Shown piece after piece: positions 1 through 12,491 of a DNA stretch of 64,000 nt. The stretch comes from Adineta vaga (lineage: Eukaryota > Animalia > Rotifera). The number at the start of each line of letters is the position of its first letter. Position 1 is the stretch's first letter. Below the pieces are notes generated by a model. It had not been told where the DNA came from. It saw nothing but the letters and a program-made list of their open reading frames with translations, and did no database searches. The stretch is taken from assembly GCA_021613535.1 (NCBI GenBank), contig CP075492.1, forward strand, positions 2,914,001 through 2,978,000, in the 5' to 3' direction. The position numbers and the translations under genes are program-made.

Positions 1-1762
1 GATAAAGATGTGGACATATATGGTTTATACCCCACCGACAGGTCGTTCTCTCCTCTTACTTTTTATTGTATGCGAGTTTGTAAAACATTTATTGCGAAAT
101 ATAAATGCGTATTAAGAGTTTTATTTCAGTATAATATACATACCGTGTTGAAATAAAACTCTTATGTTCTATCTAGTGACATAGACAGTAAAACATTTAT
201 AGGTTGGATTTCATCCCCGAATAATGTCTAGAGAGGTGAACATAGTGGCGAACCAGGCAGACATATGCTAAAAGATTTTATTCTAGAGTGTGGAAAGAAT
301 TAAGTCGCTCGACAATATCATAAAAAAACTTGTTCATCTATGGATTTTGTAGTAAAGTAAGTTATTGTGATTCAATTGAAAATAAATGCGGAGACTTCGA
401 ATGAAATCCGGTAGTTATATATACTTGAAAAGTTAAAAATAATTAAACAAAAATAGATTTCGATCAACTCGTCTAAAAACTTTCCTGATCGTCGAGAGGG
501 TGAGTTTACTAGAATATTATTCCAAGCTTCTTACGACGCGTTACGGTGTTTTCTCAAGAACCATCGTTGGGTAAGTTGCGAATGGAGTGTACCTGTGTTA
601 ACAAAGGAAAATAAGTAAATAATTGTTTCTTCGACGTATGTGTGCCGAAGTTAAAAAAAGCATATTAATTAAATGAATTACGTTAAATGGTGCGAAGAAT
701 ATGAAAGAATGATCTATCTATATATGTAAAGAAGAATGGAGTCGGTGGTCTATTATGTTTCAAACTAAATTTTAAAAAAAATTAGATTATTTTTATTCAT
801 ACGCTGGTGGGATTAGAGGGACTTCATACGCGAAACCTCTCCAATTGTGAAAAGAGCTTAACTATCTTCATTGCAACTAACAATACCAATTGTAACAAAA
901 AAGTATAACACTTCTTATACTTCAAGTTATTTTCTTTATTTTCATACGCGATACCCTTTCTTCCTTACCTCTTCAATTTATCTTCATACTCTACACACAA
1001 GATGTATTTCATTTATATGCATTATCGTGTCACTCTCGGATAGTTGTGTAACCTGGAAGACTTGAAGGACTAAGGGTGACGGGTGGGGGGGGGGCTGAGG
1101 AAGACAATATAAATTAAGCGAACCATTGGAATGCAATTAATAGTTGAATCATTTTCGCAAAAACTTGATCCTTCAGAGCGCTCTCAATACATTGTTACAT
1201 AATAGTAAATTTTAGTATCAAATAGTATTAAATAGTTAGGTCCCTTAAGTCTCTCTCAGTCACCAAGCCCACTTTTATCTAATGTTTCTTTATAATGAAA
1301 AAGAGTGATCATAAGTTTCAGAATATACGTCGTAATATATATTATATTCTAGTACTTCTACTCCCATCATTTTGTTTCTAATTGAAATAGAATGGATCAT
1401 TGTATGTTTTCATTGTGTAATTTCGTATGATCTTCAGTGATATTCATATTTTTCTTTATTTGTCCGACTTGATTGTGAAGGTTTGCGTTTGCAGATGCGC
1501 TCTATCTTCGGCGAATTTCATATATAAGCCATTTTCAGGCAATCGACGACCAATAATAAACGTATCGTCTTTCATAACAATAGTATTAGCAATCGTAATT
1601 GAAAAAAAATGGGTATTAACCAGAGATTTCTACTTATTCTAAACATATATATATATAATTGATTCATTGATAGTATCGTTTATAGTCACGAAACAAGTAA
1701 GTAGAAGCGATACTCTACTACAATATTTTACTTTTCAATTCTGAATAGTTCATCACATCAAT

Positions 1763-2408
1763 ATGATCCAAGCTTCAACTATTGCTTTTCTTGCATTTGT
1801 TGTAGGAACAGGTAGTAAAAGATTATTTAATTAAATGCAATATGACGATTTTGGTTTTCTTAGTCAATGCTTTCACAACATTTGAACTCCAATATCAAAA
1901 TATAACATTAGAACATCATAATTATTTACGTGGCCGTCATTGTGCACCACCTCTTAAACTTGATGCTCAACTAAATACAATTGCACAAAATTATGCTGAA
2001 TATCTTGCAAGAACGAATAAATTTCAACATTCAAATAATGGCTATGGAGAAAACCTTTATATGTCAAGTTCATCAGCCCCAATAACAACTGTTGATGGTA
2101 ATCAAAGAAATTTTTCTTTATTTTCTCAACTTTTTTAAAATTTATTTCTCGTTTTTCGTTACTTTTTCTTAGGAAGGGAAGCAACTCAAGATTGGTATGA
2201 TGAAATAAAATATTATAATTTTAATAGACCTGGCTTTTCTTCGGCAACTGGTCATTTTACACAAGTCGTTTGGGAAGGATCAACTCGTCTCGGTGTTGGT
2301 ATTGGTTTCAGCAGTGATGATCGTAAGGTCTATGTTGTTACAAATTACTCACCACCAGGCAACTTTCAAGGTCAATTTGGCGAAAATGTATCCCCAGCTA
2401 ATTGCTAA
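1763..2408 (+). CDS. Secreted CAP/SCP-domain (GAPR-1/PR-1-like) protein, 3 exons (1763-1811, 1864-2097, 2173-2408)
   Basis: Signal-like MIQASTIAFLAFVVG; CAP motifs HNYLR..H, GENLY, WYDEI, GHFTQVVW, NYSPPGN; two GT-AG introns join the frame. Confidence 0.92.
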
Positions 2409-2804
2409 TAATGAAATAAATATTTCATGGATATAAATATATCCATAGGTAGAAGAAAACAGAAACCTATCATTTTTCTCTAATATTACTATATTCTTGT
2501 AAAATCAACAATGAACACAGAATAAACTATTTAATGACTGGAACAAATAATCGTCGAAAAAAGTGTAACGAAAAATAAATGTGATGGAAAACATTTCGTT
2601 ACTGTTGCATCCTTTTATTTGTGATCACCATAAGACAAATTGGAGGAATAGCGTTATCGCTATTCTTCATGTAGATGATGTTGACTATAGCATATCATAT
2701 TCTAATAGTATCTCATATAATACAGAACACCGTCTTATAAAGAGGACACAATGATTGTATTGTTTGTATTCTTCTATATATTTGGCTGGATACCGTATAT
2801 TAAA

Positions 2805-3178
2805 TTATTCCTTCGACTGTAGGGAGGGTCTTATGAAAAAAATAGTTTGTTTGTTTGTAAGTTTGTGTCAGAGTCAAAGGTCAAAAGCACATCTGTGAAG
2901 GCTAGTTTGAAATCATCATCTTGGGGGAGTAGGGACATGGGTGTTGGGTGAAATCATGGGTGGAGGTATAGAGATGGGTGTTGATTGAAATCGATTTCAC
3001 GAAAAAAAAGTTAATATTCTGTTTTCGAAAGCTGATATATATTTCAACAATAAAATGAGAACCGTTTTCTCGTATCTTAAGTTTCCAGATCAATTGATCT
3101 CACTATTGAGTCAAGCTGAAAATACCCGTCCTCCACAGTCGAGGGTTAAGTGAGTCGGCCCGACGAGCGTTACTTGTA
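2805..3178. mobile_element. DINE-1/HINE-like non-autonomous element (most complete copy)
   Basis: Subterminal inverted repeat CCTTCGACTGTAGG (~2810) / CCTCCACAGTCGAGGG (~3130), short hairpin GTCGGCCCGAC and terminal CGTTACTTGT; homologous fragments at 13492-13690 and 60135-60278. Confidence 0.6.
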
Positions 3179-3749
3179 TTTTTACTTCAAAACCACCATA
3201 TCTGCATCATGTCGAACAAAGGTTTTCACTTCTTGGTGAAGGACAATCTCATTCACAAACTCAATAACAAGTATTGCTAGTATTTTGATTTAGCAAAATA
3301 CATTTCTTATCATCTCTTTTTATTCATTTTATCAAAAATATTTTAATCTAATTCAAATACAGAAGAAAAAAATCAGATTCATATTTATTATCGATCGTCA
3401 TGGAAGCATTCTGTGTGTTACGTGCTTTGCTCATGACTGACGATTTTAGTGGAAGAGATATATGCGTTGACGAAACTACGCCTTAACTTATTTCTTCGTA
3501 TCATAAATCGCATCTTTTACATACAAAAACACGCAGTTATATATGCGCAACCAAAAGAAAGAGAACCAAACCGACAAATGTATGAGAGAGTCCTATAGGA
3601 CTGATATTCGCTTGTTTTTATCACTAGATCAATAAAGAAGGAGCTGTAATAATATACTTAGTTCCTCATTGTCGGTCGATATATTTGCATAAGGACAGAA
3701 AAAAAAGAACGACTTTTCTTCTGTAATCGATTATCACACGCAATAGTGT

Positions 3750-4829
3750 ATGTGCACAAAAAGCGACGATATCATCGAGAGAATGTCTTTAACAATATGT
3801 TTGGAACAACTTCCAGTTGAATTGCTCTTAAAGATATTTTCATATTTGGAAGGTTATGATTTGATCAATGCTTTCGCAAATCTCAATACATTCTATGATT
3901 GTCTACTTCACTCACCACAACTTTCAATTCATGTCAGTTTGAATGAAAATACAATCGAATTTCCAGCAATATTTATCGCAAATATTCGATCATTACGCGA
4001 TGAGTCTTATGATCGATATGTACATCGATTTCTTGATCTTCATATATCTCAACTAAACCATCTTCAATCTCTTACAATCAATGCTGATGATTTCGAAAAC
4101 TCTCCAATCATTTCAATTCTTCCAAAACTTATTCATCTTGAATATTTAAATATTCGATTTGGAAATTTAGATAAGAATTCCAATGTACTTTCGGTTATTT
4201 TTGCTTTACCCAAACTTCGCTTCTGTATTGTTAACGCACATCGTCGTCAATTCACTGGTGCATGGATAAATGATTCGACACCTCTAAATCAGTTTATAAC
4301 TCATTTCAATATACAAACCAGAATCGAAACGAGTTGTCTTCATGGAATACTTCTTCAATTACCTTCTTTGCACTCTTTACAAGTGACATATTTAACTCAA
4401 AATACTCACTCCTTACTACCAGAAAACAATCTTCCGAACTTGAGAATGATCACATTCAGAGACACCAACATAAAAATGTCTGACTTCGATGAAATTTTAC
4501 AAAAACTACCTAATCTACAATTAATTTCGGCTGGACCAGTGAGAGCGAAGAGCGAAAAGCAGTTTGAAGAACTCTTGCTCAATCCGCAATGGACAAAACC
4601 TTTTGATCGAATCAAACAGATCGATATTGAAATTCAATGGTCTTTTATGATGACGGGCAGAATAGAAGATATGCATACAAATCTTCCTCAATCTCATCCA
4701 TGGTTAACAGGACCTGTACATCAATATTTCGATGGAAACGACGATGAGCATATCTTTACTTTCTATATCAATTTTAATAGAAATATGGCAAGAAAAAACA
4801 AATGTGGAATGGAACGAGAGATTTTTTGA
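3750..4829 (+). CDS. F-box/LRR-like protein, intronless
   Basis: N-terminal F-box LEQLPVELLLKIFSYL followed by LxxLxxLxI leucine-rich repeats. Confidence 0.85.
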   Translation: MCTKSDDIIERMSLTICLEQLPVELLLKIFSYLEGYDLINAFANLNTFYDCLLHSPQLSIHVSLNENTIEFPAIFIANIRSLRDESYDRYVHRFLDLHISQLNHLQSLTINADDFENSPIISILPKLIHLEYLNIRFGNLDKNSNVLSVIFALPKLRFCIVNAHRRQFTGAWINDSTPLNQFITHFNIQTRIETSCLHGILLQLPSLHSLQVTYLTQNTHSLLPENNLPNLRMITFRDTNIKMSDFDEILQKLPNLQLISAGPVRAKSEKQFEELLLNPQWTKPFDRIKQIDIEIQWSFMMTGRIEDMHTNLPQSHPWLTGPVHQYFDGNDDEHIFTFYINFNRNMARKNKCGMEREIF

Positions 4830-4868
4830 ACGATCGAAAAACGTAGATTCACAGTCTTTCATAATTAT

Positions 4869-7800
4869 TTATGAAAGATGAGACGTTTCATGATCAACGT
4901 AGCGAATACGAATGATTGTTGGAGTACGTCTGATTGAACTGTGTATTTTTCTTGATTTTCTCCATCTTCTCCATCTGTTTTTTCCTCGATTTGATTCACA
5001 TTTGGTTACATCAATAGAGAAAACATATTTGAGTAAATCCATGATAATAAAAAACATCACAACAATAGTGAGAGTTATAATGGCAACAAATGCCATTGAT
5101 CTCGCAGCTATTTCATGAATCTTTTGTTTTTGTGAGATAATTTCACAATGTCGACCTGAATAACTTGTTGAAAGACATTCACATGTATAATTAAGAAACA
5201 TTGATCGACATATTCCACCATTTTCACATGTTATATTTTGACAAAAGTCTATTTTTGTTTCACAATAAATTCCATTCCAACCAGAAATACATATACATTC
5301 AAATGTTTCATTTGATGTTTCATTACATTGACCTTAGGAAAAAAATAAACATTAATAATTCTTCTTCAAAATATTTCTGAACTACCATTATTCCAACAAA
5401 GATTCGATTTACATATTTGATAATCATTTTCACATAATGGACCATGGAATCCATTTAAACATTGACAAGAATAACCAGAAAGACTTTGATTATCATTAAT
5501 ACATTGACCACTATTCAAACATGGATTGACTATATCACACGCTCGAACGGAAATATTACACATTGGTCCTGCTTGATCATGATTGGCACAACTTAATGTG
5601 ATAAAAGATTCTTGTGAAGAATTTACTAAAATAATCAAACTTTTTGACGAAGAAAAAAATTGATCAAAACTAACCATGTGTCATCATTGTAGATTGTGAT
5701 AAGGTTGAACCTATAAAAACAGAAAATAATAAAATTAAATGCGAAGCTCGACTGAATTACCGGACAAATGCGTACTAAATTGATTTGTTGTAGAGGATCC
5801 TAGAAATGATGAAAAAATTAGAAAGTTTGGTGTACGGGTTGTTTTATAAAGTGATTTCCTCATAGACCATACCTTTATAAGTAGTAATGTTGATTAGCGT
5901 GGTTGGAAGGAACGACGTGGAAAGAACTGTTGATGGAGATCTGGTTGATACTAGAAATAAAGTTTATTTATCATTCAGAATCAATCAAGAAAATAATTGT
6001 TTACCTTGTTGAGAAGAAGATATAGCTGTTGATAACATTTGAGTAGTTAGTTGGTCTAATTCAAAAGAAAAGATTATTCTCTATCTTATTCAATCTTTTC
6101 ATCATTAGAAAAAATCAGTTCGATAGATTTCGAGATCTCAGAGAGTATAATATATAACTTTGTTCGATGAACAAGATATTGAACTAACTTTCCTGTTCAT
6201 ATAAAATGGTAAACCAACTTACCTAAATGATTTGTTGATGAATCTAATCTTATTCGTGTCGTTGAGATCGACCCGTCGGATGTTGAAGTTTCTTGTTCAG
6301 TTGAAATCTTCTCTGTTGTTTGCATCCTCTTAGAAGTGAATAGGGATGTGACGATCTGAGTAGACGTCGGTGCTTGCGTTGTCACTGGTGCCTTTGTAGA
6401 CGTGACGATCTGAGTTGATGAGATAATCTGTGTTGACGTCGGTGATGGAGTTGATGTAAATTGATCTAGAGAATTCTTTCATGACTGATTTGATTTCGAA
6501 AAGAAGTGAAGAAAAACGTTTTTCAGCGCAGCCTCCCTAGGATAAAAATGTGGAACTCACATAATATATTTGCGATAATAGTCTGTACGAAATGAGGTTT
6601 TGTTTGGAAACGGGTTATTTTTATAATGAAGTTTTGCCTATAATAAGATTATGTCTGCAATGAAGGTTGTCGGTCCAAATTTCTCGACTAAAAACTTACA
6701 CTCGCTTGTTCTTCTACGGAATATATATATGTGAGTTTCACAAAATCAGATGTTTATAGATATGTCTCTAGATTACATTTGAAATAATCTTCTGATAAAT
6801 CTTTCATTATTCTGACATAATGACATATGAGACGAGTTGATGAGTTATTAATATGTTCGAAGCAATATTTAAGAAAATTCTGTTAGAAATATATCTTATA
6901 TTCTTACTGCATGAGTTTGTTGAGAGAAGAAACTTTTGAATTCGATTATTAGCTGAGTCTGCGACAAAGATATTTCCAAGATTATCAAAACTTAAAGACC
7001 ATGCTCCGCTTAATTTGTTCAATGTCGAACCACTTGATTGTGAACAAGCTGCCACACATCGAAAACCATTAGCATTCGATCCAACAATTCGATTATTTGA
7101 TCGATCCAAAATGAAAAGATAACCATCAGCATCAACGAGAACTCCTGCTGGACAACTGAGCGTAGTAGGTCCTGTTAATCCATTAATTATCACTGTTGTT
7201 CCAGTTAAATTACCCAATTGAAATCGTTGAATTCGATTGTTATTACAATCAGCCACATATAATTGAAAATCAACGGTCACAAATATTCCACTGGGTGTAT
7301 TGAGTTTTGTTGATGTCGATCCTACATTCCCATCGCCAGCAACAATAGTGAAGTTACTTAGAGAATTGTTCAACGACTTTGCAATAATTTGATGATTTGT
7401 ATATACAGAACAATAGATTCTGTTGCTTATATCAATAAAAAGACCGGCACATTGATTAAGAACTGTAAGATTAGATGGAAGTTTCGTTCCATTTAATGAC
7501 CATCTCTCTATTTGATACTTTGAAGAATAGGTTTTTGTATCGATGTAGATTTCATCTTTATCCGTGATGAAAACACTCCAATTATCATTAAGAATACTAG
7601 TGATCGACTTTGTAAGATTACTGCTTCCATTAAGCCAAACTAAAGTTTGATTCAAATGTCGATTGACTGTGACAACAGTATTATCTCTATTAACAAAAAT
7701 TGAGTAAGGGTATGCACCAACAATACTGCTTGATGCAAAAGTAATAGCATTGACATTCCATGAAGCATTATAACAGAGTTTCGGTTGATTATACGAAATA

Positions 7801-7925
7801 GCTAAAATATAAGAGAATTATTTCTTTAGACAGAACTAATTTTATATCATTCAAAACTTACTTTTCGTTTCATGGATTAGAAATAATATGAAGAGACAAA
7901 CGTTGAAACTGACAATCAATTGCAT
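4869..7925 (-). CDS. Multi-exon type I membrane protein: signal peptide, NHL beta-propeller, Ser/Thr-rich stalk, EGF repeats, TM helix
   Basis: MQLIVSFNVCLFILFLI leader; SYNQPKLC..ASW; NHL repeats (PSGIFV..LYVADCNNNRIQ; GNIFVADSANNRIQKF); Thr-rich exons ~5700-6470; EGF (NPCLNSGQC..CQCLNGFHGPLC); hydrophobic segment near the C-terminus. Internal exon boundaries not all resolved. Confidence 0.85.
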
Positions 7926-8242
7926 TCGAGATAGAAATGTAAAACAAAGATTCTTTGCATTTACAGAGTGGAGACTTCAATTATTTCTCTCTCAGTGTTT
8001 GTATTTGTTTCGGCAATAAGAAATGAAATGTATATCTTGATCGAAAAAATAAATATATCGGTGATTGTTAGACATCATATTTGATTTAAACAAAAGAAAT
8101 TATATCAATATTAGTCTTTTGTTTGCATTGACAGAACTCTTCCGAAGAATCAATCAACGATTCGATATGCTTGTTAACTGGCAAAAAAACGTGATCACGG
8201 CTAGATTTCGTTCATTGATGAAATGAGATTATCATTAATTAA

Positions 8243-10340
8243 TCTTCGTAAGCTGTCTTCATTTTTTCACACAAACGATAGAAGTTTAGTCTTGTTATTT
8301 AGTTTAGGCTTTAAACGAGATAAAAATACAATATAAAATCAATATCTAGCAAAAAATATTGTTCTTTTTGTATAAGATTCTGAATCATTTGCTTCACATC
8401 GTTGACAAACAGTTGTCGCAGTACTGGTGGAATGCGATTTGCAAACATTATTTTGACACATATTACAAGTTTGTTGAATCTTACGTCCAGGATGTTTCGG
8501 ACAAAGATAACATCGGCGTTCTATCTTCACAACACCTTCACTATCACCTTGAACTATTGTTGTTTTTGATTTTAATTCATAACCGACACATTGTAACGCA
8601 AGTTTTGTTTTATTAGTGAGACGAGAACAATGAGAACGTCGTGCATTGTGAGAATTTGTCAATGATTTACTGAGCTATTCTAAGAAGAGGCGACGAATAT
8701 ATTTTTTACATATGTTCCGGTCTGGATTTTCATATAATCAAATGAACATTGCATTGATAGCTGCTATATCAATTAGGTCGCAGAACACTATCATTGACCA
8801 TCTTCGGCTTATGCAATGACTTGTATAATTGTTAATACACTGATCAATGACATCGACACCAATTTTATTTTGATTGTATTCATGAATCATAATCGGTTGT
8901 TGTTTTTCATCATCAAATACTTCAGCAAAATCATGTGCTGTAGACAATAGAATAGCAGGAGGCTTTTTTTCTTTTGCCTGATAGGATAATATTGTACTGG
9001 ATTTCGAGAAAAAAACATAAAGAGTAACAATCTCGTCGAATAACTTTCATTTCATTTAGAACAGACGAACGTATATGATTAACCACGCCGAGTGATGTGA
9101 TTTTACGTTCCAGCAGCATTTTTGCCAACTCGTAATCAGTGAAATATCTGTCATATATAACGTAACGTCCTTGTCGAACCTTGCCAAATAATTGATCGAC
9201 CAAACGGAAGACAACATTTTTATCAAGATTACGTTGAATAGCATTACCAACTTTACCAGTATATGACTCTAATGATAAAACGAATAAAGTATCAACATTT
9301 GACACATCCAAAGTTTTAGACCGTAACGTGCTGGTTTGTTTCGCATATATTGAACAAAGCAGCATCGTCCACAAAATGGTACAACTTGTTCGTCAACGGT
9401 AGTATTTTCACCTGGAATAAAACGTTGAGATAATTGTTTTGTAAATGCTTCAAATATAAATCGAATTGAAACAAGACGATCAGATTATTTACGTTCTTCA
9501 CGATCATCGAACCGCAGGAATCGTAAGATATTCTTGAAAAGTTCTAATGACACGGTAGCATGATACAAAGGACGTTTCGGCTAATAGCCCATAACTCTTC
9601 TACTGATCGATGATTGGCATGACCAACACCTCTTTGAATTAAAAGTCCAAGAAATGCTTCTAGTTCAGTACGGTCCAATGATTTCCATTTTGTCGAATTT
9701 ACTCTTGTATGAGATCGTTTGTGTATCTGTCGACCAAAATATCTTCTGGAGTATTTATTTGTTTGTGCAACAACTTCATCCAACATTTCATTTGTAAGGA
9801 AAAGCTTGAATCCTTCTAGAATTGTTCCAATTTTAGTAATGAAATCAGGCTTAGTCTTCAATACATTGATTATACGTCAACGACCAGCAGTTTTAGGTTT
9901 TTCTTTTGACCATACAATACCGCATTTTTCAATTGTATCTGGTTGAATATTTAGATGTATATCATCATTGCTAGTATACGAATCAGATGAACTATCATTC
10001 TCTGAGATATGTTCATCAGTGGATGTATCATCCGATTCAGATCCTGAAAACGAAAAATCTGGATAAGAATTCGACTCTCCATCCTCAGAAACGCTTTCTT
10101 CTACTTCGTCAGCAGTTTCAAAATCAAGAATTTCTCGATTTTTTTTAGATTTGATTTATTAGGCATTGCTATGTGAAAAAATCAAATAAATTTATTTTTC
10201 AATTGACAAGAACCAAGACTACATGTGATAGAATAGAGCTATTTCAGAAGCGTTTCACCTATAAAATAGTAAAGTCCGTCAAACGAAGATTAAAAAACAT
10301 TGTCGTGGATCGATGTGGACCCACAAACAACGTACGAGGG
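8243..10340 (-). mobile_element. Decayed piggyBac DNA transposon with both ends recognisable
   Basis: TTAA at 8239-8242 and 10341-10344; terminus CCCTCGTACGTTGT (minus strand) versus degenerate TCTTCGTAAGCTGT (10/14); internal transposase fragments. Confidence 0.85.
8339..10167 (-). pseudogene. piggyBac transposase pseudogene (frameshifts and stops)
   Basis: Fragments with TVDEQVVPFCGRC, YDRYFTD, YNQNKIGVDVIDQ (DDD triad regions) and a C-terminal Cys-rich RRCYLCP..CNMCQNNVCKSH, spread over several frames. Confidence 0.88.
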
Positions 10341-10399
10341 TTAATTGTAACATAAACTAAGGATTTTATTCTACATAGATGAAAATCATTCGAGGTTTT

Positions 10400-10641
10400 A
10401 ATGAAGATGTCGAATACCGCCTCAAACCGCGGTTGTCGTGAACTGCGGTTACTGACGTTTTTTTTTTCACCGCAGAAGTCAGACCTTTAAGGGAGGTGCG
10501 AAAAACCGCAGGAAACCGCGGTTAACGCGAACCGCGGTTTTAGGCGGTTTTCAGTACCTTCATTAACGGTCTGACTTCCGCGATGAGAAAAAACCGTCGA
10601 TAACCGCGGTCTCAAAAACCGCCGAATAGTGGCGGTTTTTT
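10400..10641. repeat. GC-rich foldback/palindromic repeat built on AACCGCGGTT units
   Basis: 10441-10523 is an imperfect reverse complement of 10530-10610; an extra direct copy of the unit at 10400-10435; terminal hairpin AAAAACCGCC..GGCGGTTTTT. Confidence 0.8.
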
Positions 10642-11008
10642 GCCTTTTTCTTCTCGTTGAGAGTATCGCATGTATTTTTTATTAAACTCGTCGTTAGATG
10701 CAATATCAGTCACTTTCAAGGGCAGATATTATTTAAAAATAATCTTTTTTTATAGAGAGTCAGAGAAAACGTGGAGAGCAAAAGCAAAGATAAATATTTG
10801 CATGCCGTGTATAGCAGGCCGAGTGTTATCGCATAAAAAGAATGATAGAGCTAAAAAACTAAAGCTTTCATCAATAGAAAAAGAAATAATGAAATACATG
10901 TGCATGTGTAATCCTCTAATGCTTACGCTCGTTTCATTCAAGAAGTATATAGGAAGAAAGTTAAGAGAACAGGCTGATGATGATGATGATGTGTTTTTTA
11001 CTCGCAAC

Positions 11009-12209
11009 TGTAACGACAAACTGGTTGAGTAGCTAACCGCCTCTCACGGTATGATGTTTATTGACTACTCTACATGACCAGAATGTCCCGATTTCACAAT
11101 AAGACACACGTTTATATAGAGAAGAGGAAAGAGAGAGATGACCCGGAGACAATATGATATAGAGGTGAGAGAATAGAGAACAGAAAGAGATGAACGATAT
11201 CATTATCGTTACACCCTCCCATTCAGATTAGACGCGCTCCTGAGCGTCTTTACAATATAAAGTCGAAAGCGAAAAAAAAATGAAGATGAGTAGATAATGA
11301 TCATGAGAAAGGTCACATGAATACGAACAATATAAACTCATCGAATACACTAAAATATCTCAACAAAAAATGCGATTTATAAACGTTTACATAAAACGAA
11401 ATAGTTTAAATAAACTGCGATCAAACAACTACGATGTTCATACAAAAAAATTAGCGCAATAACAAACACATACGCATTAACAAGAGATATTTAATACGAC
11501 TTTTCCTCATCCTCTTGCTTAAATCGATTACCTCGATGTTTCATACAAAGCAAAAAAAAATAAAAATATAATGAGTCAGTTAGTGCACTCTTCTGTATGC
11601 AACTTTATTCGAACGAATCTTGTGCCAATAAAATGAATCGCCACGCACTAGAAGTAGAACACTTCCATGTCATTCTTCTCACGGATAACTCGGCTGTTCG
11701 GGCGTTGGGTCGTTCTCGCAGCTACATATCGATAAATTCCATCGATTGTCTTTGTTTCAAATAATTCTGTCTGGGTTAAGATACCTGCCAACGCTTGCCC
11801 ATTCGATTCCGATGCCGTTCATGCCGTTAAGGAGGTTCATCATCATATTAATTCAAAATTCATTCTTGTTATTTTACATACACTGCAGTCACCGATTGAC
11901 CATTAAATTTTGGTTAGTTCATTGATTGATCTCCAATGTTGTTTGTGTTCACTAAAGAATCTACTTCGAGTGGATTTATGAAGATTCAGTAGCCAGGGTC
12001 GCCATGTAACGACAAACTGGTTGAGTAGCTAACCGCCTCTCACGGTATGATGTTTATTGACTACTCTACATGACCAGAATGTGTCGATTTCACAATAAGA
12101 CACACGTTTATATAGAGAAGAGGAAAGAGAGAGATGACCCGGAGACAATATGATATAGAGGTGAGAGAATAGAGAACAGAAAGAGATGAACGATATCATT
12201 ATCGTTACA
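11009..12209 (-). mobile_element. Non-autonomous LTR mini-retrotransposon (TRIM-like)
   Basis: 205-bp LTRs 11009-11213 and 12005-12209 (TG..CA, TGTAACGA inverted ends, only 2 adjacent differences seen); 5-bp TSD GCAAC; PBS TGGCGACCCTGG and PPT GAATGGGAGGG on the minus strand; no ORF of 60 aa or more in the internal part. Confidence 0.93.
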
Positions 12210-12286
12210 GCAACCATATAGCTACATTGTGATTATATTAAGTGAACGTAGCAAAAATGAGATTATTCGAGGGCTCCTTTTAGTGT

Positions 12287-12359
12287 GATCTTGTGGCGCA
12301 ATAAATAACGCAACCGGTTCCTAACCGGAGGATTGTTGGTTCTAGTCCATCCAGGAGTG
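12287..12359 (+). tRNA. Degenerate tRNA-Arg(CCT) gene / tRNA-derived pseudogene
   Basis: 73-nt cloverleaf layout with anticodon arm ACCGG-TTCCTAA-CCGGA and B-box-like GGTTCTAGTCC; D-loop GG lost (AATAAATA); stem mismatches; oligo-T downstream. Confidence 0.75.
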
Positions 12360-12491
12360 ATTTATCAGTCTATTTTTTTTCACAGCAAATCTATCGAAAA
12401 CAAATTATGCAACACTGCAGATAGATAGAGATTAGTTTTATATTATCGTATGTAATATGATTTTATTGCTTTTTTAAATAAATGTCATCCA

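Noticed and set aside
1-1700. Short ORFs and a poly-G tract at the window start
   Set aside because: No recognisable motifs; consistent with intergenic or old repeat sequence.
11009-12209. Mini LTR element as a retrozyme
   Set aside because: I found no CTGANGA...GAAA hammerhead core in its LTRs.
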